From: an uncultured Acidimicrobiia bacterium
Lineage (GTDB): Bacteria > Actinomycetota > Acidimicrobiia > Spongiisociales > JAENVV01
Direction: 5' to 3'
Assembly (NCBI GenBank): GCA_963847455.1
Contig: CAWKAG010000056.1
Span: 12,421-76,420 of the forward strand
Length of the DNA stretch: 64,000 nt
The notes beneath the pieces were generated by a model. The model searched no databases, was not told the origin of the DNA, and saw only the letters and a program-made list of their open reading frames with translations. A program made the translations under genes and the position numbers. Every line of letters begins with the position of its first letter. Position 1 is the first letter of the stretch. Shown here in pieces: positions 18,136-28,696 of the stretch.

Positions 18136-19701
18136 CTATTCGTCCTTGACAGACTCTTCGATCGCCGTCACCAGATCGTTGATCTCAAACGGGCGAGCCA
18201 GGACGAAGCTGCATCCGGCATGAATCGCCGCTACGTGCGCCTCGGTGTCAGACGAGACGGTCGAAGCGACGATTGGGAGTTCATATTCGGCAGCAGCTTT
18301 CAACTGTCTGATCAGGTCGACGCCTCCGGTGCCGGGAAGTTCCAAATCAACAATCGCCGCGTCGAATTTCCTGGCACTGGCCGCCGCCAACGCTTCCGAG
18401 CCAGAGCCGGACGTGACTACGACGTGCCCTCGTTTTTCTAGCATCCGGTTGGCAGACATCCGGATCGTGGGACTGGCATCGACAACCAGCAGATTTAAGC
18501 GGCGGCGCCGTTCACGCAGCCAGTGCTTCGTAACGAGCAGGGTTAGATCCAGGGGCGCAGGTCCCGCAAGTACTTCGTGAGCCGCTCTGGCGACGTCCTC
18601 GGGTGCGTAGGGGCTCGTCAGGTAGCCGGCAATCTGCAACTCGCGGCACATAGCTGCATCGCCACGCGTTCCGGTTGTAGTGAGGACGAGCATGTGTGTC
18701 GATCGAGATTCGGGCCGCTCACGCATGGCCTCGGCGACCGCCAGCGGGTCTTCTAGCGACGAGACGACCACCAGGGCATACGGAGAACCATCGGTGAATG
18801 CACCGACCAGTCTTTCTACGGGTTGGTCCTGGCCGACGAAGTCGAGGCTGAAGCCCAAGCGGGCCAATGCTTCGCGCTTGGCTTCCGATAGCTCGCCAAC
18901 CACCATCACCGGGAGGCCGAACAGCTCGGACCGAGGGATCTCGTGTCGGCCGTTCGGTGCGTTGTGATCTCGTACGATACGCAGCGTCGCGGTGAAGGTA
19001 CTCCCCACACCCACCTCGCTCGTGAGCGTCAGTCCGCCACCCATCATCTCAGTCAGCCGTTTCGAGATCGTCAGACCCAAGCCTGATCCCCCATACGTTC
19101 GGGCGGTTGAGTCGTCCGCCTGGGTGAAAGACTCAAAGATCGCAGCTTGGCGCTCCGGGGGAATGCCGGTTCCGGTATCGGCCACAGCAACCGACATCAG
19201 GTCGTCTGCGTCGATCGACACCTGTACCGTGACGCCGCCTTTTTCTGTGAACTTGGTGGCGTTGTTGATGAGATTCACGATTACCTGACGCAGCCGGCCA
19301 GGATCGCCAATGAGCCGGTCTGGCAGGTCATCGTCGAAATCGAGGTTGAGCCAGAGACCCCGGTCATTGAGTTGGGTCGAAAAGCCGGCCACGATGTCTG
19401 AGAAGGTATCGCGCACCGAATACGGGATCTGCTCTATGGACAACCGGCCGGCCTCGAGTTTGGACATATCGAGAAGGTCGTTGACGAGCGTGAGTAATCC
19501 ATCACCGGCTTCGCTGATGATCTCCATGTACTCGGCCTGCTCAGGCGTCAAACGGGTCTCGCGGACCAGTTGCGTCATACCGATAACGGCCGCTAGCTGC
19601 GTGCGAATCTCGTGCGAGGTGTGCGCGAGGATCTCAGACTTCCGCAGATTCTCTCGTTCGGCTTCGGCAAGTCGAAGCCGCAGGTCATCACCTGCCGTCA
19701 T
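18136..19701 (-). CDS. Cytoplasmic hybrid histidine kinase (HisKA-HATPase-pseudoREC-REC) without an input domain
   Basis: H-box SHEIRTQL, N-box NLINNATKFT, G boxes DTGTGI and GGSGLGLTI, and a receiver with IVDLELP. Confidence 0.9.
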   Translation of the reverse strand: MTAGDDLRLRLAEAERENLRKSEILAHTSHEIRTQLAAVIGMTQLVRETRLTPEQAEYMEIISEAGDGLLTLVNDLLDMSKLEAGRLSIEQIPYSVRDTFSDIVAGFSTQLNDRGLWLNLDFDDDLPDRLIGDPGRLRQVIVNLINNATKFTEKGGVTVQVSIDADDLMSVAVADTGTGIPPERQAAIFESFTQADDSTARTYGGSGLGLTISKRLTEMMGGGLTLTSEVGVGSTFTATLRIVRDHNAPNGRHEIPRSELFGLPVMVVGELSEAKREALARLGFSLDFVGQDQPVERLVGAFTDGSPYALVVVSSLEDPLAVAEAMRERPESRSTHMLVLTTTGTRGDAAMCRELQIAGYLTSPYAPEDVARAAHEVLAGPAPLDLTLLVTKHWLRERRRRLNLLVVDASPTIRMSANRMLEKRGHVVVTSGSGSEALAAASARKFDAAIVDLELPGTGGVDLIRQLKAAAEYELPIVASTVSSDTEAHVAAIHAGCSFVLARPFEINDLVTAIEESVKDE

Positions 19702-19901
19702 GTCTTCCCCGGTCGCGATCGGAAACACCCTACAGCCCAATAGATCGGTATTGGGGTAACGGGTCACGCCAACGACTCACATGCCGTATGGCAGCACCAT
19801 TAATATCGGCGCTGAAACGGCCCACCTTGAGAACGTCATCGGCCGCATCTCGGGGGTTCTTGGGGCCCCAGCACCCGATAACGGGCAGTGGAACCCTGGG
19901 T

Positions 19902-21626
19902 TCAACCCTGGGTTGGTGGTGCCGCGCGGAGGTTGGACGTCGCCGACTCGTCGACCTCTCCATCGACGATCACGACCCCGTACATTTCCCGCGCCGCATC
20001 GAGGGACACGTAATCGCCGGCGACGTCCTCGGCTACTTTGGCCGGATCACGGTCGAACGGATTCCCATGGCCGCCGCCTCCGGGGAGGCCCAGATATAAC
20101 GAATCTCCCGGTGGGATGGACTGCTGGCCCTTGCCGCGCAACCGGGTACCAGAACCAAGTTCCACCCGGGTTGGCAGACCCGCTCCCCCACCGTCGCGTC
20201 CAAACGCCGGATTGTCGACCTTTTCGTATTGGGCAAGCACATCAAACGGCATGCCATCAGTACCCATCAATTCGATGTCCTGACCAAGGCCACCCCGATA
20301 CTTCCCCGCCCCACCCGAGTCCTGGCGGAGTTCTTTTCTCAGAAAAACGATTGGAACGATGGCCTCGGTCGCTTCGACCGGGACCCCTCGGACGCCGTTC
20401 GGGAAGCCGGTGGCGCTCAGGCCATCTTTCGCCGGACGAGCCCCCATACCTCCATTGTTGAAGTGCATCATCTCGAACTCAACAACTTCTCCCACATAGT
20501 CACCGGCGACTGAAGACCCTCCTCGCAGCTGCAGGTTCGCCAGGGCGCTGGAACTCTCCGCCAGGGCCCCACCAGGTAGGACTGGATGGAGTGCGCCGAT
20601 CACCGTGTCCGGAAGCAGGTGCCCGATAATGTGCCGCAGCGCAACTGGCGCCGGACGTTGCACATTGAGAATGCAGTCCTCCGGGGCGGTGACCTGGAGT
20701 GGCTCCATGGATCCAGCGTTGTTGGGAATGTCCGGAGCTACTACGCACTTGATGCCGTACGTCGTATAGGCCTTCGTGTAGTTGAGCACGACGTTGATGC
20801 CATACGTGCTCGGCTTCGAGGTGCCGGCATAGTCGACCAGGATGGTGTCGTCTGAGACCGTCACCGCCGCCTGGAGCGTTATGGGATGCTCGTAGCCATC
20901 CATGGTCACCGAGTTGTGATAGGTACCGTTCGGCAGGGCAGCAATCCGTTTGATCGTTGCCGCCCGTGAACTTTCGATGATGAACTCGGCCAGGTCGCCC
21001 AGATCATCGATGTCGAACTCATTCATCATGTCGACCATCCGTTGGGCACCGACCTCGTTACCTCCGGCGAATGCGAAAATATCCCCCACCACTTGATTCG
21101 CTTCCCGGACGTTCATCCGAATTATCTCGATCAGCGTTTCATTCAACTCGCCAGCTCGGTAGAGGTGAAGGATCGGAATGTCCAGTCCCTCTTCGTAGAT
21201 TTGGCGGCTGTCCGGTGTGAAACCTCTCCCGCCGATGTCGACTACGTGGCAGGTATTGGCCACGAGACCAACGGCACGACCTTTGAAAAAGAACGGCGTA
21301 ACCAGGGTGATGTCGTTGTGATGGCCCGACGCCAACCAGGGATCGTTCGTGAGCAAGACATCGCCAGGAACCATGGTGTCTATTGGGTGCTTGGACAAAA
21401 AGTGCTTCACGCATTCGGCTACCGAGTTGATATGACCGGGCGTGCCCGTGATCGCCTGAGCCAGCATCCGCCCCTGCCGGTCGAACACCGCCGCGGCGAG
21501 ATCACCCGCTTCCCTGACCGAGGTCGAAAAGGCCGTCCGAATCAGGGCTTGGGCTTCTTCCTCGACGACGGCGATGAGCCGATTCCACATGATGTGATTA
21601 TGAATCCGGGTGAGTGCATCACTCAT
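19902..21626 (-). CDS. hyuB: Hydantoinase B / oxoprolinase beta subunit
   Basis: TAFSTSVREAGD, PGDVLLTNDPW..SGHHND, HVVDIGG, VEATE, GGAGKYRGGLG and PGGGGHG. Confidence 0.93.
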   Translation of the reverse strand: MSDALTRIHNHIMWNRLIAVVEEEAQALIRTAFSTSVREAGDLAAAVFDRQGRMLAQAITGTPGHINSVAECVKHFLSKHPIDTMVPGDVLLTNDPWLASGHHNDITLVTPFFFKGRAVGLVANTCHVVDIGGRGFTPDSRQIYEEGLDIPILHLYRAGELNETLIEIIRMNVREANQVVGDIFAFAGGNEVGAQRMVDMMNEFDIDDLGDLAEFIIESSRAATIKRIAALPNGTYHNSVTMDGYEHPITLQAAVTVSDDTILVDYAGTSKPSTYGINVVLNYTKAYTTYGIKCVVAPDIPNNAGSMEPLQVTAPEDCILNVQRPAPVALRHIIGHLLPDTVIGALHPVLPGGALAESSSALANLQLRGGSSVAGDYVGEVVEFEMMHFNNGGMGARPAKDGLSATGFPNGVRGVPVEATEAIVPIVFLRKELRQDSGGAGKYRGGLGQDIELMGTDGMPFDVLAQYEKVDNPAFGRDGGGAGLPTRVELGSGTRLRGKGQQSIPPGDSLYLGLPGGGGHGNPFDRDPAKVAEDVAGDYVSLDAAREMYGVVIVDGEVDESATSNLRAAPPTQG

Positions 21627-23703
21627 CGCGAGCCTCCATGACGATATGACCGCTGTCCGCAATGGTGGCCGTGAATGAACGGGTCACCATGGTGGAAGTG
21701 TTCGCTTCAACGATCACGGCCGGCCCTTCGACTCTGTCCCCCGGGGAGAGGTTTGCGCGCACGAACAGACCGGCTTGCACAACCGTGCCTGACTCAGCAT
21801 CCATCACTCCTCTGGTGTCAGAAGCGACCTCCGTTTGGGTCGACTCCACGGGAGGTTGCAGGGCAACCGCCGGGACGCCGGTCGAAACCGTGAGGACCCA
21901 GCTGAGAATCTCAACATCGACACCCGGGATCGCCCGTCCATACAACCGCTCGTATTCGCCCTCGTAAGCGGCCAGGAATGCAGCCGGGGAAGCTTCGTCA
22001 ACGATGGTTGCTTCGATGCTGATCGGCAATTCCACTCCGACCTCGTGGCCCTGTCCGATGTAGCGCATGTAGGCCAGGCGCGATTCCTGGAGGTCCTGGC
22101 CGGGTGCCCCGGCCAGAACGATTGGAGTCGCCTCGGCCCGCATGGCATCGAGGAGGGCATTCACTCCGACGGCATCAAGCGAACTGAGTCGCTGGTGATA
22201 GGTACGCGTGACTTCGTACGCCACCGGGGCTCGGAGAAATCCGATCGCTGAACCAACTCCTGCACCCGGGGGGATGACGACACGTCGGATCGCCAGTTTC
22301 TCTGCGAGTCGTGCGGCGTGAAGTGGGGCCGCTCCGCCAAAAGCAATCATGGTCTTTGTTTCGACCCGCTGGCCACTCTCGACGGTGTGAACCCTGGCCG
22401 CATTGGACATGTTTTCGTCGACAATCTCAGCCACACCAAGCGCCGAGTTCATCGCGTCGAGATCCAACGGTATGCCGACGGTCCTCAGCAGCGCTTCGGC
22501 TGCCGCAGATGCGTCGAGTGGCATGCGTCCGTCGGCGAAGTTGTCCGGATCGATCTTGCCGAGCACGACATCGGCATCAGTGACGGTCGGCGCCGACCCA
22601 CCTAGGCCGTAGGCAACCGGGCCGGGATCCGAACCGGCGCTTTCGGGGCCAACCGCAATCCGACCCATGGCGTCGAGGTGTGCAATCGATCCGCCTCCGG
22701 CACCGATCTCCACCATCTCGATGACCGGAATTCGTAACGGCAGGCCACTACCTCGCATGAAGCGGTACATGCGGGCAACTTCGAACGATCGGGAGGTCTG
22801 GGGGTGACCGTTCTGGATGAGACAGATTTTGGCGGTGGTCCCACCCATGTCGTAGGAGAGAACGTCGTCATAACCGAGCTGACGTGCAATCGATCCTGCG
22901 AAGATCGCGCCGCCTGCTGGGCCGGACTCAACCAGCCGAACCGGGAAACGACGGGCCGTGTCCAGGGTGGTCAAGCCTCCGCCGGACAGCATGAGGTGGA
23001 GCGGGCACCGCAGACCGATTCTTTCAAGCTCACTGGCCAGGCCGTCAAGGTGGCGACTCATGAGCGGTTGGACATAAGCGTTGGCGCAAGCCGTTGAGAT
23101 CCGTTCGAACTCGCGCATTTCAGGCGACACTTCGCTCGAGAGGCTGATTTCTACGCCAGGAAGTAGTCCAGCAAGAATCTCCCCCGCTCGTTGTTCGTGG
23201 GCGGCGTTGATGTAGCTGTGGAGAAATCCGACCGCCACAGCCTTGACGTCGGCCCCCCGCAACCGCTGAGCGGCGTCGGCCACGTCGCTTTCGTCGAGCG
23301 GGATCAGAATCCGTCCCCGGGCATCAATACGTTCGGTGATTGGCCGCCGCAAGCGGCGAGGCACCAGAGGAGGCGGCAGGTCAATGTTGACGTCGTACTG
23401 TTCGTACCGGTTCTCGTTGCGCATCTCGACGGAATCACGAAAGCCTCGGGTGGTGAGCAGGCCAGTCGCCGAGCCCTTTCGTTCGATGAGCAAGTTGGTG
23501 GCAAGGGTCGTGCCGTAAATCACCTGTGTCACTTCACTGGCATCTACGCTCGCCGTCTCAACAACCTCGGCGATGCCATCGACCACCCCACGTTCTGGTG
23601 CGTCGTGGGTCGTAAGCGTCTTGGCTGCGAAGAGCTCCTCGCCGCGCTCAAGGGCGACGTCCGTAAACGTCCCCCCGATATCCACCGCGATCCGCGTCGT
23701 CAC
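21619..23703 (-). CDS. hyuA: Hydantoinase A / oxoprolinase alpha subunit (ATP-dependent)
   Basis: VDIGGTFTD, GTTLATN, ESGPAGG, DMGGTTAKI, IGAGGGSI, PESAGSDPGP and AFGGAAPLH. Confidence 0.95.
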   Translation of the reverse strand: MTTRIAVDIGGTFTDVALERGEELFAAKTLTTHDAPERGVVDGIAEVVETASVDASEVTQVIYGTTLATNLLIERKGSATGLLTTRGFRDSVEMRNENRYEQYDVNIDLPPPLVPRRLRRPITERIDARGRILIPLDESDVADAAQRLRGADVKAVAVGFLHSYINAAHEQRAGEILAGLLPGVEISLSSEVSPEMREFERISTACANAYVQPLMSRHLDGLASELERIGLRCPLHLMLSGGGLTTLDTARRFPVRLVESGPAGGAIFAGSIARQLGYDDVLSYDMGGTTAKICLIQNGHPQTSRSFEVARMYRFMRGSGLPLRIPVIEMVEIGAGGGSIAHLDAMGRIAVGPESAGSDPGPVAYGLGGSAPTVTDADVVLGKIDPDNFADGRMPLDASAAAEALLRTVGIPLDLDAMNSALGVAEIVDENMSNAARVHTVESGQRVETKTMIAFGGAAPLHAARLAEKLAIRRVVIPPGAGVGSAIGFLRAPVAYEVTRTYHQRLSSLDAVGVNALLDAMRAEATPIVLAGAPGQDLQESRLAYMRYIGQGHEVGVELPISIEATIVDEASPAAFLAAYEGEYERLYGRAIPGVDVEILSWVLTVSTGVPAVALQPPVESTQTEVASDTRGVMDAESGTVVQAGLFVRANLSPGDRVEGPAVIVEANTSTMVTRSFTATIADSGHIVMEARDE

Positions 23704-23745
23704 GTCGTCAAGCTAGTGGATCCGGCGCGAGTGCTCGCCGGCCGC

Positions 23746-24129
23746 TCAGTGAGCAATCTCCCACACGTGACCGCCCGGATCACGAAAACTGGCCGTGCGG
23801 ATTCCCCACGGCCGGTCCATCGGACCATTCAACAAGTGAACGCCCCGTCGCTCCAGCTCAGCACACATTGTGTCAACATCGTCAACCTCGATCGTGAACT
23901 GCATCCTCGGACCGTCGGCTGGTCTACCCACTTCAGCTGGACCAATCAGGTCGGTCGCTTCGGATGCCTGCAGTAGGTTGATGAGCGTGTTACCAAAACT
24001 GAATACGGCCGAATCAGCATCCTCATAGGTCACCGATAGACCGAAGACCTCCTGATAGAACCGCTTGGTCTCGGCCAGATCTTCGACGAACAATGTGATA
24101 GCGCTGATGACTCCAGGCCAGGTGGGCAC
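23746..24129 (-). CDS. VOC/glyoxalase-family protein
   Basis: ITLFVEDL..TKRFY..VFG and DRPWGIRTASFRDPGGHVWEI. Confidence 0.9.
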   Translation of the reverse strand: MPTWPGVISAITLFVEDLAETKRFYQEVFGLSVTYEDADSAVFSFGNTLINLLQASEATDLIGPAEVGRPADGPRMQFTIEVDDVDTMCAELERRGVHLLNGPMDRPWGIRTASFRDPGGHVWEIAH

Positions 24130-24635
24130 TATGGCCGCTCCGGCCGATAGCCCGTCGTCCCGTCAAGCATTTCTCGAAGGATATCGGCGTGACCGGCGTG
24201 CCGGGCGGTCTCCTCGATCATGTGCAATATCACCCACCGCATCGATACCGTATCGCCAAACCAGGCCGTCCCCTCCCCATCCAGGCCGATCTCGCTCATC
24301 GCCAGGTCTGCCGCATCACAAGCCCGGCGGTAAAACGCCAGAACGTCTTCGGTCGATTCGTCGTCGTTCACTCGGAGGTCGGCATCCTCATCGTCCTCAT
24401 CGAACGGAAGCGGTTCGGTCGGCCGACCAAACGTTGTACAGAACCACCCGTACTCAACAGCCGCAAGGTGCTTCACCAGTCCCAAAAGGTTGGTGCCGCT
24501 CGGCGTCATTGGTCTACGGAGCTCCTCGTCGCTCAGACCGTCCAGCTTCCAAAGGATGACCTCGCGTTGCTTGTTCAAGATCGATACGACCATCGGGCCC
24601 TCGTCGCCGGTAATCGGATACGCATCGTTCATCAA
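24129..24635 (-). CDS. DinB-family (DUF664-like) protein
   Basis: [18 protein letters not shown] and [22 protein letters not shown]. Confidence 0.92.
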   Translation of the reverse strand: MMNDAYPITGDEGPMVVSILNKQREVILWKLDGLSDEELRRPMTPSGTNLLGLVKHLAAVEYGWFCTTFGRPTEPLPFDEDDEDADLRVNDDESTEDVLAFYRRACDAADLAMSEIGLDGEGTAWFGDTVSMRWVILHMIEETARHAGHADILREMLDGTTGYRPERP

Positions 24636-25639
24636 CCGACCTCCATCCCACTCACGACATCAACGAAATACTCAACGTCAGCAGCGGTGATACCCAGGTG
24701 GGTCACCAGCCGACTCGATGAGCGTCCGGTCAGGGCAACGATTCCTTGATCCTTCAGCCTGGCCACAAACGCCGGGTAATCTACGAGGCCGAAATCCACG
24801 AAAACCATATTGGTGTTCTGCCCCTTCACCGTGACTCCCGCCACGTTGCCCAGAAGTTTGGCGAGCAGTTCGGCGTTGGCGTGATCGTCGGCAAGTCGAT
24901 CGATGTGGTGGTCCAGGGCATAGATACCGGCGGCGGCGATGATGCCTGCCTGACGCATCCCACCGCCCAGCATCTTCCTCCACCGGCGTGCCTCGGTGAT
25001 CAGTCCGAGGTTACCGACCAGGACCGAACCTACTGGCGCTCCCAGGCCTTTGGAAAGACATACCGACACGCTGTCGAATGGTTCGGCAACGACCGCCGGA
25101 GGTACGCCCATCGCAACGGCCGCGTTCCAGACACGAGCCCCATCGAGATGCAGCCCCAGTCCACGTTCGTCAACGAAAGCACGTGCGGACTTGAGGTACT
25201 CCAGCGACACGACCTTACCGTTGTGGGTGTTTTCAAGACAGAGCAGCCGGGTTCTGGCGAAATGGCTGTCATCTGGCTTGATTACGGATGCCACGCGTTC
25301 AAGGCTCAGCGAGCCATCAGCTTCCATGTCGATCGGTTGCGGTTGGATTGAACCGAGCACAGCTGCCCCGCCAGCCTCATACTTGTAGGTGTGCGCGAGT
25401 TGGCCGACGATGTACTCATCGCCGCGCTGGCAATGCGCCATCAAGGCAATCAAGTTGGATTGGGTGCCGCTTGGCACGAACACCGCACTCTCTTTCCCGA
25501 GCAGCGCGGCCGTTTTGGCTTCCAGGGCGTTTACCGTCGGATCGTCGCCGAAAACATCATCACCCACCTCAGCGTCGGCCATCGCCTGGCGCATGCCCGC
25601 AGTTGGTTGCGTAACGGTGTCACTTCGAAAGTCGATCAT
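24632..25639 (-). CDS. ltaE: Low-specificity L-threonine aldolase
   Basis: [32 protein letters not shown] and [12 protein letters not shown] (PLP Lys). Confidence 0.96.
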   Translation of the reverse strand: MIDFRSDTVTQPTAGMRQAMADAEVGDDVFGDDPTVNALEAKTAALLGKESAVFVPSGTQSNLIALMAHCQRGDEYIVGQLAHTYKYEAGGAAVLGSIQPQPIDMEADGSLSLERVASVIKPDDSHFARTRLLCLENTHNGKVVSLEYLKSARAFVDERGLGLHLDGARVWNAAVAMGVPPAVVAEPFDSVSVCLSKGLGAPVGSVLVGNLGLITEARRWRKMLGGGMRQAGIIAAAGIYALDHHIDRLADDHANAELLAKLLGNVAGVTVKGQNTNMVFVDFGLVDYPAFVARLKDQGIVALTGRSSSRLVTHLGITAADVEYFVDVVSGMEVG

Positions 25640-25754
25640 GGCCTGAATCTATCAGCGTTGGGTTGTTCCGCATACGCAAGACGAGTGTGCCAAATGACCC
25701 TTGACACGGGACTCCTGAGCGCCTCTACTTAAGGGGTCTTGGAAGGAGCACGGC

Positions 25755-26360
25755 ATGGAAGGCGCCACCACCAAAACGGGACCGCTCGCGTACCTGTCGC
25801 TTGGAGTCGCTCTCATTGCGGTGGGCCTCTTTCACGCAGGCTTCTTCGAGTTCGGCGCCCTGGCGCCCATCATCGCCCTAATCGCCGGGGCTTCCTTGCT
25901 TCTCGCGAACACAGCAGAAACGAGATCAGGACACGGGACTGAACTTGCGGCCTTCGGCCTCCTTGGCATGTTTTGGATCTCGCAGAGTGCGATCTGGGCC
26001 GTCGACCTGTTCGGCGTCCAGCCACCACTCGATCGCCAGTACGTCGGCTGGTACCTCGGTCTGTGGTCGGTGATCGGCGCGGTTCTGTTGGCGGCGCACC
26101 GGAAACGAGGGTTGGTGGTGCAGGTCGTGCTGGCGCTAATCACCGTATGGTTCATTCTCAACGCCGCGGCCGAATTCACGGGCGGGCCGATCGTTACACA
26201 GATGGCGGGATTCGAAGGCCTCATCTCAGGGCTACTGTCGATGTACTTGGGTGCGGCGCTGCTTATCAATGAGGGAGCCATGCGTGAGGTTCTGCCTCTT
26301 GGAGAACCGCGTCTTTCCAAGATCATCATTCCCGACGACATCAGCCAACTATTTGACTGA
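25755..26360 (+). CDS. satP: GPR1/FUN34/YaaH (SatP) acetate/carboxylate channel
   Basis: About 6 TM helices; AFG.LG.FW, AG..GLISG..SMY.G.A.LINE and C-terminal VLPLG. GGAAGGAG RBS. Confidence 0.8.
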   Translation: MEGATTKTGPLAYLSLGVALIAVGLFHAGFFEFGALAPIIALIAGASLLLANTAETRSGHGTELAAFGLLGMFWISQSAIWAVDLFGVQPPLDRQYVGWYLGLWSVIGAVLLAAHRKRGLVVQVVLALITVWFILNAAAEFTGGPIVTQMAGFEGLISGLLSMYLGAALLINEGAMREVLPLGEPRLSKIIIPDDISQLFD

Positions 26361-27233
26361 TAACAGCTTGGACAAACGCTGATTGGTGTCGTCGATATCT
26401 GCCGAGAGTGCCGTCAATGGCGGGCGAACCCGATTCCAACCCTCGTGACCGCTTACCTCGGACAGCCAATGCTTCATCGTCGGGATCGTTCCCCCCGCCT
26501 CGATAATGGACCGCACCTCAAGCATCACTAAATCGTCAATCGAGCCGTTGTTGCGCTGCTCCCAGACCGCCCTGATAACGGCCGGTGCGATATTGGCGGT
26601 GGCGGTGATGACACCAGTCGCGCCATGCCTGGCCCCTTCGATCATGAGTCGTTCGGTTCCCGGAAGAACCGCCAAGCCCTCGACGCTGGTGAAGCCGTGA
26701 AGACTGCTGATCTGTCCACTCGAGTCTTTCAGGCCGATCAGGTTGCCGGCGAATTCTTCGCGAATGGCGGCAATGATGGCCGGCGTGATCGGGACCATCG
26801 ATAACCCAGGGAAGTGATAGAGGTAAAGGCGTAGATCCGCGCCGATCGCCTCGCACAGTGCCGTGTATCCACGAGCCACGCCGCCATCTGAAACGCCCTT
26901 GAAGAAATACGGCGGGACCACGAGAACACCCCGCACACCCATTTCGGTGGCATGGTGAGACAATTCGGCCGTATCGGGAAAAGCTGCGCAGCCGGTACCC
27001 ACGACGATCTGCCCGGTCGGAACGCCACCGTCGACCAACGCCTCGAGGGCCCCAGCGCGCTCTGAGACCGAAAACGACGGAGCCTCACCCGTCGAACCAA
27101 ACAGCACGATGCCATCGCAGCCCGATGCGAGTAGCCCCACACAGTGGTCCACCAGCAGCTTGTGGTCGATGTTCAAAGCTTCGGTAAGTGGCGTCAGGGT
27201 CGGAGCCCAAACGCCCGTCATGGGTGCAGTCAT
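26349..27233 (-). CDS. DHDPS/DapA-like class I aldolase family protein (substrate unknown)
   Basis: FGSTGE, LYHFP and LKDSSG (Schiff-base Lys). Confidence 0.9.
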   Translation of the reverse strand: MTAPMTGVWAPTLTPLTEALNIDHKLLVDHCVGLLASGCDGIVLFGSTGEAPSFSVSERAGALEALVDGGVPTGQIVVGTGCAAFPDTAELSHHATEMGVRGVLVVPPYFFKGVSDGGVARGYTALCEAIGADLRLYLYHFPGLSMVPITPAIIAAIREEFAGNLIGLKDSSGQISSLHGFTSVEGLAVLPGTERLMIEGARHGATGVITATANIAPAVIRAVWEQRNNGSIDDLVMLEVRSIIEAGGTIPTMKHWLSEVSGHEGWNRVRPPLTALSADIDDTNQRLSKLLSVK

Positions 27234-27366
27234 GGTCCGAATCTACCGGTTGTTGGGGCTGAACGCCCGCACCTGACATCGTCACGGCCCAAGAGCAGGC
27301 ATTCGGCGTTGGTCCCAAGACTGTTCGGAGTACATCGACCGGTCAGGAGTGGCACAATCCTGGTCC

Positions 27367-28677
27367 ATGATCGAGCGAAGACACCGACCGAAGATCGGAA
27401 GCGGGCACCCTGCCGGTGACTCGACCCTTGACTTCGGCGACCTGAACCTCCACGCCCTTGGACCGGGCGACCAACTGACGTCCGAGTGGGCTGCCGCCGG
27501 ATTAGCGCTCCCCGACCGACCCAAGATTCGAGCCTACCGGCTCGAACGGATCCGCCAGCAGCTCCGCTCGGCCGGTTGCGACGGAATTCTGCTTTATGAC
27601 CCAATCAACATCCGTTACGCCACCGACACCACGAACATGTCTATCTGGACGATGCACAACCAGGTCCGGTACGTGTTCGTGCCGACCGCTGGACCGGTGG
27701 TCCTATTCGAGTTCTCCAAAGGCGAGTTTCTCGACACCCATTCGGAAGTCGTCGACGAGATCCGTCCCGCCACGTCATTCATCTACTTCTACGCGGGGAA
27801 TCGCCATGAGGAGATCGCTGGCCGGTGGGCCAACGAGATCGTTGACCTGCTTGGCGACTACGGGGGCGGTGACCTGCGCCTGGCGATCGATCAACTCGAA
27901 CTCGATGGCATCCGGGCTCTTGAAGGGCTGGGCGTAACATTGGTCAATGGCCAGCTCCTGATGGAAGAAGCCAGGGTCATCAAGTCGGACGACGAGATCG
28001 TCGCCATGCGGTGTGCGGTCCATGCTTGCGAAGCAGCTGTCGCAGACATGCGCGCCGTCTTCGAGCCTGGCGTCACGGAGATGGCGCTGTGGGCGAGCTT
28101 GCAGGAGGCGAACTTCCGCCGATATGGGGAATGGATCGAAACCCGCCTTCTTGCCTCAGGACCACGCACGAATCCCTGGTACCAGGAAGCCTCCAGCCGC
28201 GTTATCCAACCCGGTGACCTGGTCGGATTCGACACCGACCTCATCGGGGCGTTCGGGATGTGCGTAGATATGTCACGGACCTGGCTGGCGGGGACCACGA
28301 AACCAACCGGTCAGCAGGCGACAACCTTTGCAATGGCCAATGAACAGATCGAACGGAACACGGAGTTGCATCGGCCCGGGGTAACTTTTGAGGAGCTCAC
28401 GTTTAAGTCGTGGTATCCCCAGATCGACAAATTCAACTTCTACACGTGTTTATCCCATGGCGTCGGGCTCTGCGATGAGTACCCGACCATCGTTGTACGC
28501 GAATCCTGGGACTCAACAGGTTATGACGGCGTCCTCCAACCGGGCATGGTGATGTGCGTGGAGAGCTTCGTCGGCCCCAAGCACGGTGGAGAAGGCGTCA
28601 AACTCGAACAACAAGTCCTGATCACCGAGACCGGCAATGAGCTTCTCACCCGTTATCCCACGGGCCTGACCAACTAG
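27367..28677 (+). CDS. dddP: DMSP lyase DddP (M24 metallopeptidase fold)
   Basis: DddP-specific blocks EWAAAGLALPD, NIRYATDTTNM, DEIVAMRCAVHACE, GEWIETRLLASGPRTNPWYQE, FDTDLIG, HGVGLCDEYP and KLEQQVLITETG. Confidence 0.88.
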   Translation: MIERRHRPKIGSGHPAGDSTLDFGDLNLHALGPGDQLTSEWAAAGLALPDRPKIRAYRLERIRQQLRSAGCDGILLYDPINIRYATDTTNMSIWTMHNQVRYVFVPTAGPVVLFEFSKGEFLDTHSEVVDEIRPATSFIYFYAGNRHEEIAGRWANEIVDLLGDYGGGDLRLAIDQLELDGIRALEGLGVTLVNGQLLMEEARVIKSDDEIVAMRCAVHACEAAVADMRAVFEPGVTEMALWASLQEANFRRYGEWIETRLLASGPRTNPWYQEASSRVIQPGDLVGFDTDLIGAFGMCVDMSRTWLAGTTKPTGQQATTFAMANEQIERNTELHRPGVTFEELTFKSWYPQIDKFNFYTCLSHGVGLCDEYPTIVVRESWDSTGYDGVLQPGMVMCVESFVGPKHGGEGVKLEQQVLITETGNELLTRYPTGLTN

Positions 28678-28696
28678 GCGAGACAGAGGGTTCGGA

